From: Raillietiella orientalis
Taxonomy: Eukaryota
Reading direction: 5' to 3'
Assembly (NCBI GenBank): GCA_036172245.1
Contig: JAYWIR010000001.1
Span: forward strand, 3,100,001-3,164,000
Length of the DNA stretch: 64,000 nt
The position numbers and the translations under genes were made by a program. The notes beneath the pieces are model-generated. The model saw only the letters and a list, made by a program, of their open reading frames with translations, was not told the origin of the DNA and ran no database searches. Of the stretch, positions 26,012 through 39,270 are shown in pieces (the first letter of the stretch is position 1; each line of letters starts with the position of its first letter).

Positions 26012-28489
26012 TGAAACCTGCAATACATATATATTTCCTTGGAAACGTGCTCTATGGTATCACACTGGCACAACATTTATTAGCATACGAAATGCTAACC
26101 AACGTCATACCATTACACAGTTGTAAGAAATTTTAATTTGCTGCATAATCTATACATGGCTGTAATTCTAGATTATTCGCTATAATTTTATCTCTTTTTT
26201 ATATTGAATATTTCTCTCAGGATAATCAATTTCCCCACACGTTCCTTGCTTGTATTAAATGGCTTAGAAGGTGGAATGTGGTGATATTTATCTTCCAATA
26301 CAGGTATTCTCATGACCTGTTAAAGTTTTCAGATGGTCATGCAGCATCAAAATAAGTGCCAAAAAAGTCGCTTCCTGTTTTCACAGCGATGAATGACAAG
26401 AGAAACCGTCGCAAGTACTGTGATGTGAGAAAACTCTTTTGTCCTCAGCTGAAGCCGATCAAACGCTTTGACTGTGAATTCTGTTTGTGTCAGGCCAACA
26501 TCTTAGATTTTCGCTTTTCTCACGTTGTCGAGAATTGCAAGCTAAATACATTCAGGACTCTCTTTGGATCATCATCATCGTGCGTCCAAGGCATCAGATA
26601 GCAGAGCTCTTGACGTTCATTACTATATCAACTCTGGACTCAATCAGGCGTGTGGCCTTCGCCGGAGTCGACAGGAAGACGCCTGGCATCGAACCAGAAA
26701 GCAGAGGGGCAAAGGGCGCCCGCCCTCCCTTTGCCTTGCAGCATGATGGTCCACCCGCAGTTCCCAACTAGAGCATTGCGCGTTCTTCATGCCATCAGAG
26801 GCGATGACGGAGGCTGCAGCATCGCGAAGCGGAGTAACGGAAGCTCATCCCGGTGATTTTCGTTCTCCCACGGCTCTGTCTCTTCAAGAGACTTCGGGGA
26901 TTCGGACGCAGTCGAGAGTGTTCCCTGAGCCTGCTCACATGGACTCAACAAGAACTTCTGGGAAAGAGAAGGAGAAAGAAGGATCGGGAATGCTCCCAGA
27001 AGAGAAGATGGCCGCTGCGTTGTTCGAGAAACGGGAGGATAGGAACCTCCGAGATCACCTGGAGTTAAGCTGCTCAGTGCTTCCGGCGTTCCTGCTCGAT
27101 AGCTGTGATCATTATCTAAGAAAAATGCCAGACGAAAACTTGAAGAAGCCGATTCTTCCGGGTCAAACAGAGGTCGCATGAGACTTGCCTCCAACAGGAA
27201 GCATTCATCCACTTCTCGCTTCCATCATTCCCAGTATGAATCCTCTTTATTCCTGGCACAGCCCACAGCACCCACAGGAGACTCCTCTTCTCTTCTCTTC
27301 CCAGCACCCAGCGATTCTGGATGGCGAGTTGGCGTGGAGCGTAAGCTGCACTGCAGGCATCGGGAGCGTCGTCGTCATCATAAAGGTTCCCTTCGACGTG
27401 CGAGCCTTCTTCAGCCCACTCCGCTAGGTGCACGGAGCACCGCATGATGTTCCTTTCCTGACCGGGAGAAGGCCACGTCGGATTGCTCAGGGCATCCAGC
27501 TCCACCTCGCTTAAACCGAAAACCACCTCAGATTTTCTGACTTCGGGCTTGCTCACCCTGTTTGCCTCGATCTTCTTCCCCTACCTGTGATTTGGCGAGA
27601 AGGTGGCGGGAAGGACTCTCCTCCAAGGGTCTGCAGGTATGGGACAGGAGCTTGCCACTCCGTCTAAACTCTTGTATAAAGCATTCTCACTTCCCTGCAC
27701 CAGAAGACATGATGTGCAAGTTGGAAGGATCAAGGCGGCGCGTCCTCCGGAAGGTGGGAGATGGAGCAGAGCACCGAAGCATGGGGAGTTTGAACCTGCC
27801 ACCCTCTCTGGACCTCGATTCCAGAAGGAGGGAGACGGAGCGCCCTCTACAAGGTCCTGAGGTCTCAAGCTCTCAGCATGGATTGCTGGGACGATCCACA
27901 CTGGGAACAGAACTAGAGAGGGGAGGCAAGCAATCCATGAATAAACCTGAGCGAAATGCACCGGTCTCAAGGTGCTCCCCTGACTCAGGAAAAGACAGGA
28001 GTAGGGAAAAACGGGACCTGGGCGCTGCCATCAGTGCTTTCGGGCCAGTCTGGAAGCAGTGTTCCTGCTTCCCCTTTGCGTTTCCCAGTTGGGAACACTC
28101 CGTTGCACTTCGCGCGAGGGAGACGTGATGGCCAACGGCTCCCTGGGATGACGACTGCCCCTGTAAAGATCACCGTTTCTCCCACACGGCGTGTCGCTTG
28201 GTCCCCTTTCCCCAGTGTCTCGCGTCTGTCTATCTGGCTGTCTACCTGCAGGACTCACTTGCGGAAATACTTTGCACGCCTTGAGCGAAATCTGCCGGAA
28301 AAACACGGAGAATGAGGGGGAGGGGGAATCAAAGAAAAAAGACGCACGGACCATGCAGACAACCTCATTTCTTATTGGGAGGATAGAGTAGAGCACCAGT
28401 AAAATTTGGGTTCGCTCCTTGGCTTCTGGGTGGCCGGGCGTACCATCCGAGATTCCCCACATCTTTGCTTCGGGGCCTCTGCTAGGAGG

Positions 28490-29495
28490 AAGTGCTCCAC
28501 TTCGATTCTGGAATGTCCGATGAGTCCGATGGCGTTCGTCCCTGCCATCCAAGCCGAAACCACAGACTATCAGACATAAGGAACACGCGGTCTCTGGAGT
28601 CGGACACCCTGGGGTTGCGCTGCAAACAGCTCCGTGTGTGCTCATCTCTTTGCATGCAGCTCGCTGACCTCCTAGCGCAAGCTCAGCATCTCGGCCCCGT
28701 CCAGCAGCGCCGTCTGGCAAGTGGTCCGTGGGTGATGCGCCCAATGCCTCCAGGGTCCCTCTGGAATCCAAGAATCCTTTAGGGAGGTTGCAAGTTGCGC
28801 GATTGCTCGTCGTGACGAGGCCAATCGAAGGCCGGACGGTTTGTGTAGGAATCATGGCCTGCCCACCCCTACCCACCCTCCCCGGAACGCGCGCGCAGAA
28901 GCACCTCTTGCGGTGCATGTGCGACTTCGGCAGGAATCGATCCCTAATGTGCGCCCGGAGCCGCATTGTGCCTCAGGCGTTCCTCCCGTGGGAGCTTCGA
29001 TTTCTCCCCTCTCTCGCCTCTTCTTGCTGCGCCCATCAGACCGTCGGCGCTCCTCATAGCCAAGAGGAGAGTGCGCTGACGGCATAAGCGTTGCCCAGCG
29101 AGGTCGCAAGCCGCAGACGGAGCTGCCGTCCCTCTTCCGTTCCTGGTTGCCGCTGCCAGCCTCGCTCGCCGAGGGGTCGGCTCTCCGTCCTCCGAGGAGC
29201 CTGGAAGGAGAACCGCGCAGGTTCCCTTCAGCGATGCGCCGTGCGAACTGGCTTTCTTGGAAGGGGTCATTTCGCTAGATGCCATGCTTCGTCTTCGGAC
29301 AGCTTGCTGGAGCCCGCGGGACCGCACGACCGCGACTCCTCCCAGCCAATGTCGCACTCCGTCCTGGATTCGAGAGGCGCCGAAGTTCGGGAGGTGCGGA
29401 CAACCTCTTGCTGTTTCCCTCCTTCCAGCTCTTTTTCGAGGGAACTGTCCGCCTCCACAGGAGGGCATCCGAGAGAATGGAGGATGCAGACACAT
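28490..29495 (+). mobile_element. Highly decayed LINE ORF2 post-RT region (L1)
   Basis: Translations (SLESDTLGLRCKQLRV..., KNPLGRLQVARL..., CRTPSWIREAPKFGRCG) follow the motif order of better-preserved copies. Ends near a ggcatcc...ggatgcaga (GIL.RMQ-like) motif. Confidence 0.45.
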
Positions 29496-29496
29496 G

Positions 29497-31109
29497 GTGG
29501 CTCACGATGCTCTTCAGACACTGACCACGCCACCCATGGGGGCGTGAGGCTCTTCCAGCTATGGGGTAATCCCGGAGGGAGACCACGCTATGGATCCAGG
29601 AAGGCTTCGGAGGAAGGCATCCATACCTCTTACGCTTGGCAGAAGAGTTCTGAAAGGAACCTCAGCCCTGGTTGTTTCCGGAAGGACCCCCGGAGGTGAC
29701 CTCTCCATTCACTATAAAATTAAATTCAAATACACAAAATAAGACAGTCTTGCTTAATACAATCTTTCATTCAGGTTACCAATTAAATAACTAATTATTA
29801 TGCTACCTTAGTACAGTCAATATACCACAGCTGTTTATTATACACCGGGCAGATTATACCTTATATTACTCATAAGGAAATGTCTTTAAGAAACAGTTTA
29901 AACAAATTTTTGCTGAATTCCTTATAATATTCTCACTTTACAAATTTCTTTTCCTAAGGAAACCCAGAAAGAATCCATCCCCGGAATTTCTTCTCCGAAG
30001 GGAACCCGCAAGGAAACCTCTCCCTGTTTCCTATTCTGAAGAGAACCCCGAAGAGACGCTTCCAAGTTTTCTCTGAAGGGTCGCTCTCCGAAGGGAGCAG
30101 CGCTCTCCTTACACACTGGAATGCTACCCGAGGGGGATATCAACCAGCTCTATGGGACGAGATGGAGAGATCCCTCTTTACAACCGGAGGGGAACCCCAA
30201 AGGGCTCCTTGATTCCTGGAAGGACCCCGGAGAGCCAACTTCTAATCCCGACCAGTCAACGGGAGCATCTGGCTTCGACCAGTGCCTCGATACTGCTGCA
30301 CTGGGGCCTCTCGTGCAACGCTCACCCGCATCTGTGGACACGCGGGGGAGTGGACTCAAACTGTGCAAATTGTGGGGAGCGGGAATCCTTCCTGCACCTC
30401 CTAGTGGACTATGTTGCCCTCCGGCTCCTTTGGGGACGCTTTGCCACGACCCTTTGAATCCCCGGCGGCAACGCCAGAGACGTTGTAAAGCGCCTCTTCC
30501 TGCGCGACGCCCTCACTCCGGCCGCATCCCTAGCAGTACTGTGCGGCCCATGCGGCGGGACCTTGACTGTATGGAGCAGCGACAAAGGAGGAGGCCAGAA
30601 CGAAGGGACGCCAATTATTCTGCTGTCCTCTTCATGAGTACAGAGTCAACATGGACCCATCTGAGAGTCTTGAAACAGGAACAGCCGGCATCCTTACAAG
30701 GATGCAGAGGACGCCCTCCAGAACACAGTGATCTTTCCCGAACCTTTTTTTGAGTGTATATTTTTTGTTTTTCTTTTTGTTTATCTCCCCTTCCCCTGTG
30801 CTGCTGAGATGAACCCTGCTGGCCTGCGTGCCAGATCCTGGCAGGCTCCTTTTCGTATCCATAAGTAACGTGGCAGGATCAAACGTCCTGCCAAAGGCAT
30901 GTAGGTTTAGAAATAAACTCCCTGGCGTGACCAGGTGTCAATAGGGCCGCGCCCAAAGTCTGTAGGCCAACCAGCGTCATCCTGCAGGAGGGGGCTCGAA
31001 ATCCATGACGCATCCATCATTCTCGGCTCGATCCTTCCCCGGGCGGGATTCGAACCCGCAACGCGTGGTACGACGCGCGGAGACCACAGCCACACGGCCG
31101 CCAACGCGG
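29497..31109 (-). mobile_element. SINE copy S5, interrupted by an AT-rich insert (29711-29945) and LINE L2 (30287-30940)
   Basis: Segments 29497-29710, 29946-30286 and 30941-31109 are collinear with S7/S8/S3. Head gcgggttcgaatcccgcccggggaaggatcga on the minus strand. Confidence 0.88.
30287..30940 (+). mobile_element. 5'-truncated LINE 3' end (L2) nested in SINE S5
   Basis: LLHWGLSCNAHPHLWTRGGVDSNCANCGERESFLHLLVDYVALRLLW (zf-RVT-like), T-rich UTR, AATAAA at 30912 followed by a CCTGG/CCAGG hairpin. Confidence 0.88.
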
Positions 31110-33149
31110 TGGTTCCACGTTCCCATTATTCCTGTGCTTCCCCTTTGACCTCGTTCACCAGATTGGTCTTCGCTCCTGACCAAGGGTAGTAGTGCCTCAG
31201 TGGTTGCGAGCATGCTACGGAGTCCCATCCCCCATCACGCGTCCTCCGCACGCAGGATCCACATCTTCCTGTGCGGAGCTCTGCTCCGTGGACGACAAGG
31301 AGGTGGAAACGGGCCTCATGTCCTCCGATACTTTGAAAATTACTTGACCTGCGATGCGGCCACACGCGGGACATGGTCCTCCCGTGGTAAGGGCGTGTTT
31401 CCCATTAAAAGAGCACCATGCCTTCCTGACCTAAAGAAAAACTGAGTGCAAGAACAAAGCGCTGCCTTTGTGCTCCCTGTGCACTTCGTCGGCATGTTCT
31501 TGTTCCAGAGAAGGGGGAGGGGGGATCAGGGACAGAAAGCACCTATTGACAGCGCATAAAAGCAGTTTCCAGGGTTACTACAAACCACTGACTGTCATTC
31601 GAACCACAGGCAGCCGACCCTTGGAAAAAAGAGGAATGCACTGATGCACGTCATTATTGCACGTTTGCAAGCGCCCGATCCGGAGGGAGGGACTCGAGAA
31701 AGCGAACCTTGTTTCCAGAGCCACGACGCGGATGTTCTTCAGAACTAGTCGTTCCCTCAATGCTCCCGGGAACTGCTCTGACAAACGGGAAGGGATGTTT
31801 TTTTTTTTGGCCCGGTAGCGAAGGATCCCAAACTCTCTGACATGGAGATGACAACACCTTCCAGATGGAAAGAATTCCAATGGTGGCTTTCCGATCGCCG
31901 GAAGGGGAAATACCCTCTTCCCTACCCTCGCTATGGGAGGGCTAGCTCAGACTCCAAGCTCGAGCCTCGCTCAGCCCGCTTGTTTCCGGAAGAAACTGGT
32001 ACTGCGAACCATCCTTTTCGATATCTGCCGCCCCTCCGAAAGATCGGAGGACGGTTCGAGGAGATGTGGCAAACATTCGAACCGGCTTTTCAGTTCTCCC
32101 CGAGACGAGCAAGGGAGCCAGCCTGAACCCTCGCGGCAGACTCCTTGGGAACTCCCTTTCGCACGTATGCGGATGCAGCATGAGATGCACGCTGCATCCG
32201 GTGCGTTCCAACGAGCAGAGTGGCCGAGATAAATCGCTCGGTTCACCGGCGAGAAGAAACGGAAGAAACCCGCGGCGGCAGAAGCGGCAGACACTGCAAC
32301 AAGCAGCTGCTTCTGCATTCGGAGGATGCATCACCGTCCTCCTGGACGGGACAAGTGTTTGTGAAGACGGTAGGGCGTGCCCCAGACCGTTCGCTGCACA
32401 AGCGCCCTCAACTTGTAAATAAATGCACGTTGTGAATGGATTTTTTTTCTTCCTCACCCTCCGATACGAGCGCACACCTCTGAGGCGCAAACGGATCAAA
32501 AGGATTCAGACTCCGTTTCGGTCCTTGTTTGGCCTTTCTGGACCGTGGCTGATGCATCTGCCTTTCGAAAGACCGCTCTGTCTTCTTCCGCACACCTTTA
32601 AACGGCGAACGCAGCTGTGCTTTCACTTATGGTTAGGCCAATTTGAAAAAAAATCATGAGCGATGATCGTTGGTCACTACCGTCATCATGTGGAAGGAAC
32701 CTCGGCTCCGTTGAAGGGAAGGAAAAGGCGTTCTTCCTCCGATCAACTCTCTATCTCCAGATGCATCCCATGCTGCAGCGTCCACTACGGTTTCTTGAAA
32801 GCTTGCGCGAAAGCACGCATCCAGAAAAGTGTACAACGAAGCGGACACGCCAGTGCCGTTGAAAAGCACCAGACGCCACCGGAGAGTTCACCAGTCAAAG
32901 TGAATAACCAGAGGTCACACAGGCAGCATGTCCGCATGCCTCCTGGCTTTTCTGCAGTTCCTGCCGATCTCGAGAAATCCCGGCCCGTTCCTTTACCAAA
33001 CCCAGCGGGATGCCCACATGCTGCTCTCGGATGTTCCTGCTCGGGGGCTTGCGAATGCGTCGCTCTCGGGGCCGCTTTCCCCAGCCAAGTTCCTCCTCCT
33101 GCCTAGCTGGCGAAATCGGCGCGGCACGTTCGCGCCGCGCGTGTCGCGC

Positions 33150-33480
33150 GAGTCGGCAGGCGGCCGTCGAGGGCGCATGCGGAAAAGGCGTTCGCGATCC
33201 GCGCTTCCCGTTGGTTGCTGCGGGTACCTCCTTTCGGGCTCCCCAGCTCTTTCTGGAGTCCTTGCCTGGCTCCCGTACACTTCGAGAGCACGCGAACCGC
33301 CCTTCCTTGTGCGCAGTCTTGGAGCAGCAAAGCGCGCGTACGGGAGCCGCGTGCCCTCGCACTGCGCTGGCCCCATCCCTATGGCCTTCACCTCCTCCAG
33401 GTATCCCGCGGTGGTCTGGAGATGCTCCGGTGCTTCCTGCGTTCATCCTGTCTTGCAGCATGATCCAGATATCCTAGAAG
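33150..33480 (-). mobile_element. Possible decayed LINE zf-RVT remnant
   Basis: CCKTG*TQEAPEHL... and AAPVRALCC loosely resemble the C..C..E..HL and AA..ALCC motifs of other copies. Confidence 0.25.
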
Positions 33481-34479
33481 AGGCGACAAATGAACGACCG
33501 GCTAGATTACGCGGCTGAAGCCTCCTCCCCCTGCACCTATAGATCTCTGATTCAGAATTCAGTGCGATGACCGACTTCCCACCGAAAGGAGCATGTCCTT
33601 CGAGGAAGGTTGGCAGTCAAATGGGCGCACTGCCGCAACCAGGTGTCAAAGATGGAGGGGATGACCACTTCAAGAAGGGGTGATCTATTTTTGCCTTTCT
33701 TGAGAATACCAACCGCGAAGAATTCTCCCAGCATCTGGTTTCTGTGTTTGTTTCACTGTATTCTTCTTACTGCTTCGTACTTCTCACCACTCGATGAAAA
33801 CCCCGTTGATCCCTCAGCCTCTTGAGATCATCCTCTGATGTGAAATTTATATGTTGATCCTGCAACATGGAACGGGGAACGCGTGTCACTTCTGGTCAGG
33901 CCGTTGAGTAGGGTACCCGCCGAAGGTCAGTCGATCGGCGGCCATCGCTCTTTTCAGTGAAATCTGATAGTTTGAAACTTTGCATCTGAGCAATCAGCGG
34001 GGGAGTTTCGTCGGGAAAAATGGAAGATGACCCTTTGGAATGGCTGCCCTTGTTTGATCATCTCGCTGTATTTCCTGTGACCTGCTTACTTGGCTTCCAT
34101 TACATAGCAACAGCTTTTCTCTGAGGTCCGAGTAGCATTGGTAAGAAACGGAAGCTGAAATGGCCTTTCTTTTCGTCCTTTCACCACTGCCACTGTCCTT
34201 TCATTTCTTTTTTTTTTTTGTTTATTCCGTTTTCAAAAATAAAGACAAAGGAGGCAGATCATGATCTTCCGTGGTGCACCGTGATTTTGCCACTCGGAAC
34301 CTCATTCGAAACACCCAAGTCTTCCGCAAACGGACCATGTCTTCTGCGACCTCAGCTGGCGGAAGACGCGGTCTTGAAGGAGGAACAGAAAAAGTGATAG
34401 CTGAATATCGCAGCAACAATGGCGACAACCTGCTGACTGGATTTAGGGGAAATTTGCCGAACAGTTGGCCTCCTTTAGG

Positions 34480-35900
34480 GAGGACTGTGGAATGTTCCCA
34501 CTCCACGTCCGACTTCTCTCCGGATGCTGCTTGGCGGCCGGAAGACGCGCGAGTTAATGGGTGCCGTCACTCCGCGTGCTGTGGTGAAGGGGGCTCCTGC
34601 AGTGGAGTCGATTTCCCCGAAGAACTTGTGGTCCCTTCCCATTGCTTGGACACTTTAGTGTTCCCCCTCTCCAGGAAACAGGTCGTGCTGCTCTTCCTCC
34701 ACAGGCGGTTCCAGTGCAATGAGCGCAGTCACCGCGTTTCCCTCAGGGGTTACATTCCCGAACTGTGCCAGATGCGGATCTGCGAAGTCGATCCCTCACC
34801 TGTTTTTGGACTTCGGTACCCTCCTGGAACTGTGACGGAGGCTGGCAGCAGCACTCTTGCACCGGAGGGACACAGCCCGAGATGTGCTGCGGCGGTTCTT
34901 CGTGTCCAGCGGACTTTCGATGGACGCGGTGATTTCACACCCGGGTACGCCGGGGCGTTTATTCGGTTACACGAATCGATGGAGCCGATGGTCCATCAAA
35001 TCCCATTGTTATACTAGAAAGAAGGGGAGCAGCCGGAGAGGTCCATCACGTCCACGAAAGGGAAGGGGGAGATGAAACAAAATATGAAATGAAAACAAAC
35101 TATAACAAGCATCCCCCACCCAAAAAAAAAAAAAACAATAAAACAAACAAAAATTAGTTCGGGGGAAGGGAAGGGATCACATTTCATGGTGGATGAGGCC
35201 TCTGAATCCGTTGAAGGATGCCGGCGAGCTCCTCATTCTCCCTTTCTAGGTGGGGCCATCCCAAAGCTATCCGCAGGAAGCGGATGGCGTGCGGGACAGC
35301 CCCCCCGTCGCTTCGGCCTCCCTCGGCGTCGCACTTCGCCGCGACGACACCGCGCACGCAGCACAGCGCTGCGATTGCGGCTGCAGGCGTTATGGCGTCC
35401 CGCACGAAGAGGAGCCTCAAAGAGTCTCTGGGATCGTCCGCGGGATGTGGAATGGACGCGGAGAAACTTTCTCACAATTCCCGGAGGGCGACACAGTGCA
35501 CTATGAGGTGAGGGAAGGCCTCCTTCTCTCCACACCCGGCACAGTTCGTCGATGAGCTTCCCCTCGTCCAGTGGTGCCGGCGCGCATTGCACGGGAGACC
35601 CCAGAGCAGTGTCAGCAGCGCCGATTGCTGCCACTTGAAGGGAAGCAGCTTCCTGTCTATAAACAAGAAGGGAACTTCTAACTCTTCGGGCTGAATGGAG
35701 AAGAGTTCGCTCCAACGTTCGGCGCAGTGATCGCAGCTATAGGTTGCATCCTTGAGACCGTCACGGCCCACCATGTGCTCGAGACGACCACGCAGCGAAG
35801 GTAGGCCACCGAGATGGCAGCCACCCACATGAGGACGGATGCAAGGTGACCTCACCTGCAAGAAGAAGTGGAGGAGGAAATCGGCGGCATCCAGCGCAGG
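34480..35900 (+). mobile_element. Older-subfamily LINE ORF2 end (L3), interrupted by L4
   Basis: EELVVPSHCLDTLVFP...LFLH...PNCARCGSAKSIPHLFLD...RRFFV before 34933. Resumes at 35721 with AVIAAIGC...PHLQEE...IGGIQRR. Confidence 0.8.
34934..35720 (-). mobile_element. Younger-subfamily LINE 3' end (L4), antisense inside L3
   Basis: RWSELFSIQPEELEVP...WGLPCNARR...NCAGCGEKEAFPHLIVHC. Terminus AATAAAcgCCCCGGcgtaCCCGGGtgtgaa. TSD gacgcggtgat (34923-34933) / ggcgcagtgat (35721-35731). Confidence 0.9.
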
Positions 35901-36149
35901 TTTTGCAAGGAAGGAACGGAAGACACGGATGAACCTTGTTCCTAGCCTCCCTAGCGGACAAAAGACTTCCTCAGGATCGCCCTTTGGGGCACGGGGAGGT
36001 ACCGAGTCCAGCTGAAGGACTTTTGTGCTCCGCTTCGAGACAGCAGCATCGTCCACCTGACGCCGGAGAGATCAGAGCTTCAGCTCCAGGTTAGAATCTA
36101 GGTTAGGGCAAGGATTCTTGCCTTTGTAGCGAAGTTGTGGAGCACACCT

Positions 36150-37381
36150 GGTGAGACCCTTCACGCTTCCTCGTCAAGGAAGCCACTGGCAGCGTGGAAC
36201 TCGTGTCCTTCCTAGCGCGCTGTCGACGCAACGTCTCCCCCTGTGGACTGCAGCTTCGGCGGGTGGCTACACTCACCAGGGCCAGCAGCTGGATCTCGTG
36301 AAGCTCCGCGAACGGTAGTGCCTGGTTGCAGGAAATCATCCTCACGTGGACGAAGAACAAGCGATGCTTGGAACAGGCACAGCAATTGCTTCACTGTTTC
36401 TTATGACAACTGCTCGCTCCGGGAGATCCTGGAACATCCTGTGAAGAGTGCGTGTGTAGGCAGAATCTCCCTTGCCGCAGCACTGCTCTCCTTGCGGGGA
36501 ACATGTGGGCAGCAGAATTACGGCTAGATGAGCGGTTACTGTGGAAATCTCCGGCAGGAGCAGAGGACTGGGTGAGTGGACAACGGGCAGCTTACATAAG
36601 CTGCAACCCCGAGTGCCCCACCTCCAGGACTTTTGCGCTGTGGTGAGCTGCTGGATACTCCGGTGGAAAATCTGCAATGGCCCCCCAGCGCACTTGGAGA
36701 CCCAGACCCCATCATTAAAGTGGCAGGAGTCGGCGTTGATGCTGCTGCACTGGGGTCTCCCATGCAGCGTCAGCAGGCATCCCTGAACCCGGGCGTGTAA
36801 ACCCCAACTGTGCCAGGTACGAGAAGCGTGAATTCCTTCCGCACCTGCTTGTGGATAGTGTTGCCCTCCGGTCCCTCTGGGAACGCTTTGCCGTGATCCT
36901 GCGGACCCTCGACGGCAACTCCAGAGACAGCTCTTCGTACGCGATGCCCTACCTCCAGCCGCAACTCCAGCAGCTCTTTGCTGCCTACGCGGGATTGTAG
37001 CAGCCTGGAGCGATGTAGGAAGAGGACACAGCGACAGGAATGCCACCCAGTTTGCCATCCGCTTCATGAGGATGGCTACAAGATGACCCCATCCGGAAAA
37101 TATGAGGAATGGACTTGCCGGCATCCTTCACAGGATGCAGAAGGACGCCCCCCAGCAGACTGTAATCCCTTCCCGCACCCTTCCAAGTTCGTTTATCTAT
37201 TTTTCTAAATTTTTGTTTGCCTCTTCTCCCTGCTGCCGTGACAAACCTCATTGGTCTGCGTACCGGTGACACGGAAGGTTCCATTTGAAATGGACATGGT
37301 TGGACCAGTGGTCCAACCACAGAGGTTGCGAAGGTTTTATTTTTATATTAAATAAATTTCCCGGAGTGGCCGGGTGAAAAA
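36150..37381 (+). mobile_element. 5'-truncated LINE (L5)
   Basis: CGLQLRRVATLTRASSWI..., LKWQESALMLLHWGLPC, zf-RVT-like segment. AATAAA at 37351 followed by CCCGG-agtgg-CCGGG-tgaaaaa. Confidence 0.85.
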
Positions 37382-38520
37382 GTTCCCTCCGGGATGTCTT
37401 GCCGACCTTGCCGAGACGAGCAGCGAAAGCGGAGGTCCCTCCAGACGTTCTCAGGGAAAGCCGAGAGTGGACGAATGCTGAGCATGAAGTCAGGGAAGGG
37501 TACGGGGGGAGGGGGGAACAAAAGGGTAGGGGCAACTTCCGCAGGTCGCCGGCCAACAACCCTGTGGGCTCTTTTCGAGAAGACAGTCGTCGTCCGGTCG
37601 TATGCTTTGTCACTAGTCGTCTTCGCCTCCGAATCGCCAAGGTCTTCGCGGCGCCCTGGTCTCTCAAAGCTGGGCCCTCACGCGCGCGCAGGGGCCCAAG
37701 AGACCGTCTGGGAAGGGAAGGTGGCGGCGGGGGCGGCCGTGCGTGAGGCACTTCAGCGCAGCGACCGGTTCGCATGCGGGCAGTTGCGGTGAGGCACGCG
37801 CGCGTGGACCGACGACATCAAAGGCGAGGAGGTGCGAGACGGGTCATTTTATGGCTGGAGCAGCATCGCGTGGCGAAGTTTCTGGCGGGGTGGCGGAGGA
37901 TGCTCTGGCCCTCTTGAGGAATCCGAGCGCTCCTTCAGATCCCGTCCTCCGCTCTGGAACGCACTAGATCGGGTTGCTTCCGTTTTTTTATTCTGCTTTT
38001 TTTTTCCCGCTTTTAATTCTTTCTTCTTCTTCTTCTGTTTTTAGTCTTTGTGGGTGTCCGTTCCTCTTCGGCACGTAACGCAACTTCCGAATGCAGCAGC
38101 GCCCGCTCCGAGATTGCGTATCGACATCGAGAAGATAAAAGAGGGAGCGGAGGAGGGGCTCTCCGTCGCGTTATTCTTCTTCTATCTCGTTGGAATCAGC
38201 GTCGCAGCGATCGGAGCAAGAGGAAGCGGGGGAGATGTCAAACCCGGCCGACGTCGTCTCCATGTCAACCCTCATGCGATTTCGATCCTGCGAGGCGCAG
38301 CGCGAGCTGCCGCTTGAGATGCCCTGCGGGAGAACCCCGCTTCCAGCGACGCCGGCCGCCGCCGAACGTTGCGCAACCGAGGAAGAGGAACGCCGCGTCG
38401 CCACTGCTCCATTCGAGAGGTCCTGTTCCGGTGTGCATTTTCCCCGGAGCCTGGATCTGACGTGCGTCCGCAGCATCTCTCTAAAGAATGGCGCAACCCA
38501 CTGGAAATGCCTTTTTTTTT

Positions 38521-38536
38521 GTGTGTGTGTGTGTGT
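38521..38536 (+). repeat. (GT)n microsatellite
   Basis: About 8 GT units following a T-tract. Confidence 0.9.
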
Positions 38537-39270
38537 TTTTCCCCAGTTATCGCCGGAAGAGATCCCTGGAAATCGCTTCCCCTTTCCTCAAGGCGGGAAT
38601 ACGGGTACGTTGCCGAACCGGCAACTTTTCCTGGAGGCGCCCGCATCCCACCCAAGGGGAAGAGGATCGGTGGGTATCGCTCCGAGGCGAAGGAGTGGTC
38701 CCGTAGGAACGGTTCTGATCGAAGTGTTTTGCTCCCTCTCCCTCCCCTTGCGTCCTTGAGAGCGCGGACTCTTCGACCACGGAATTCGCAGCTCCGTTTC
38801 CGCTGGCGACGGCTCCGAACCACTGCGAAACCACCGCTTTTCTCTTCTAGGGAGGGCCCAGTCGGCACCAGCGGTTGCGCGCGTGGGGCACGTAGGTAAG
38901 AGCCAGCGTCCTTTCGGGGAGCTGCCCAGCTCCTCTTCCTTCTCCGCCGAAACCGGTGCGTTGCTTCAACGGCGCGCCCGTTGCCGACTCGGCTTCGCGG
39001 GAACCCCGGAGGGCGGCGCGCGCCTCCCCTACGCCAACAATGGGTCCGCAAACCACGACGCCAACCCTTCCCTACGTGCGCGCCCGTTCCGCGCGCACAA
39101 GCGGAATTCCTGCCGCATTTATTCTCGCCGGAAGGGGAGGATTCAAGGATCGGAAGGGCGCCACACCCCCGTCTCGATGTCCTGGGTCCAGGTCTCCGGT
39201 ATCTTGCGGAGCGAGCAGGAAGATCGCGAGCGAGACGTCTCGAGGGCCTGCCGAGGAAGCCGAGGAACCG

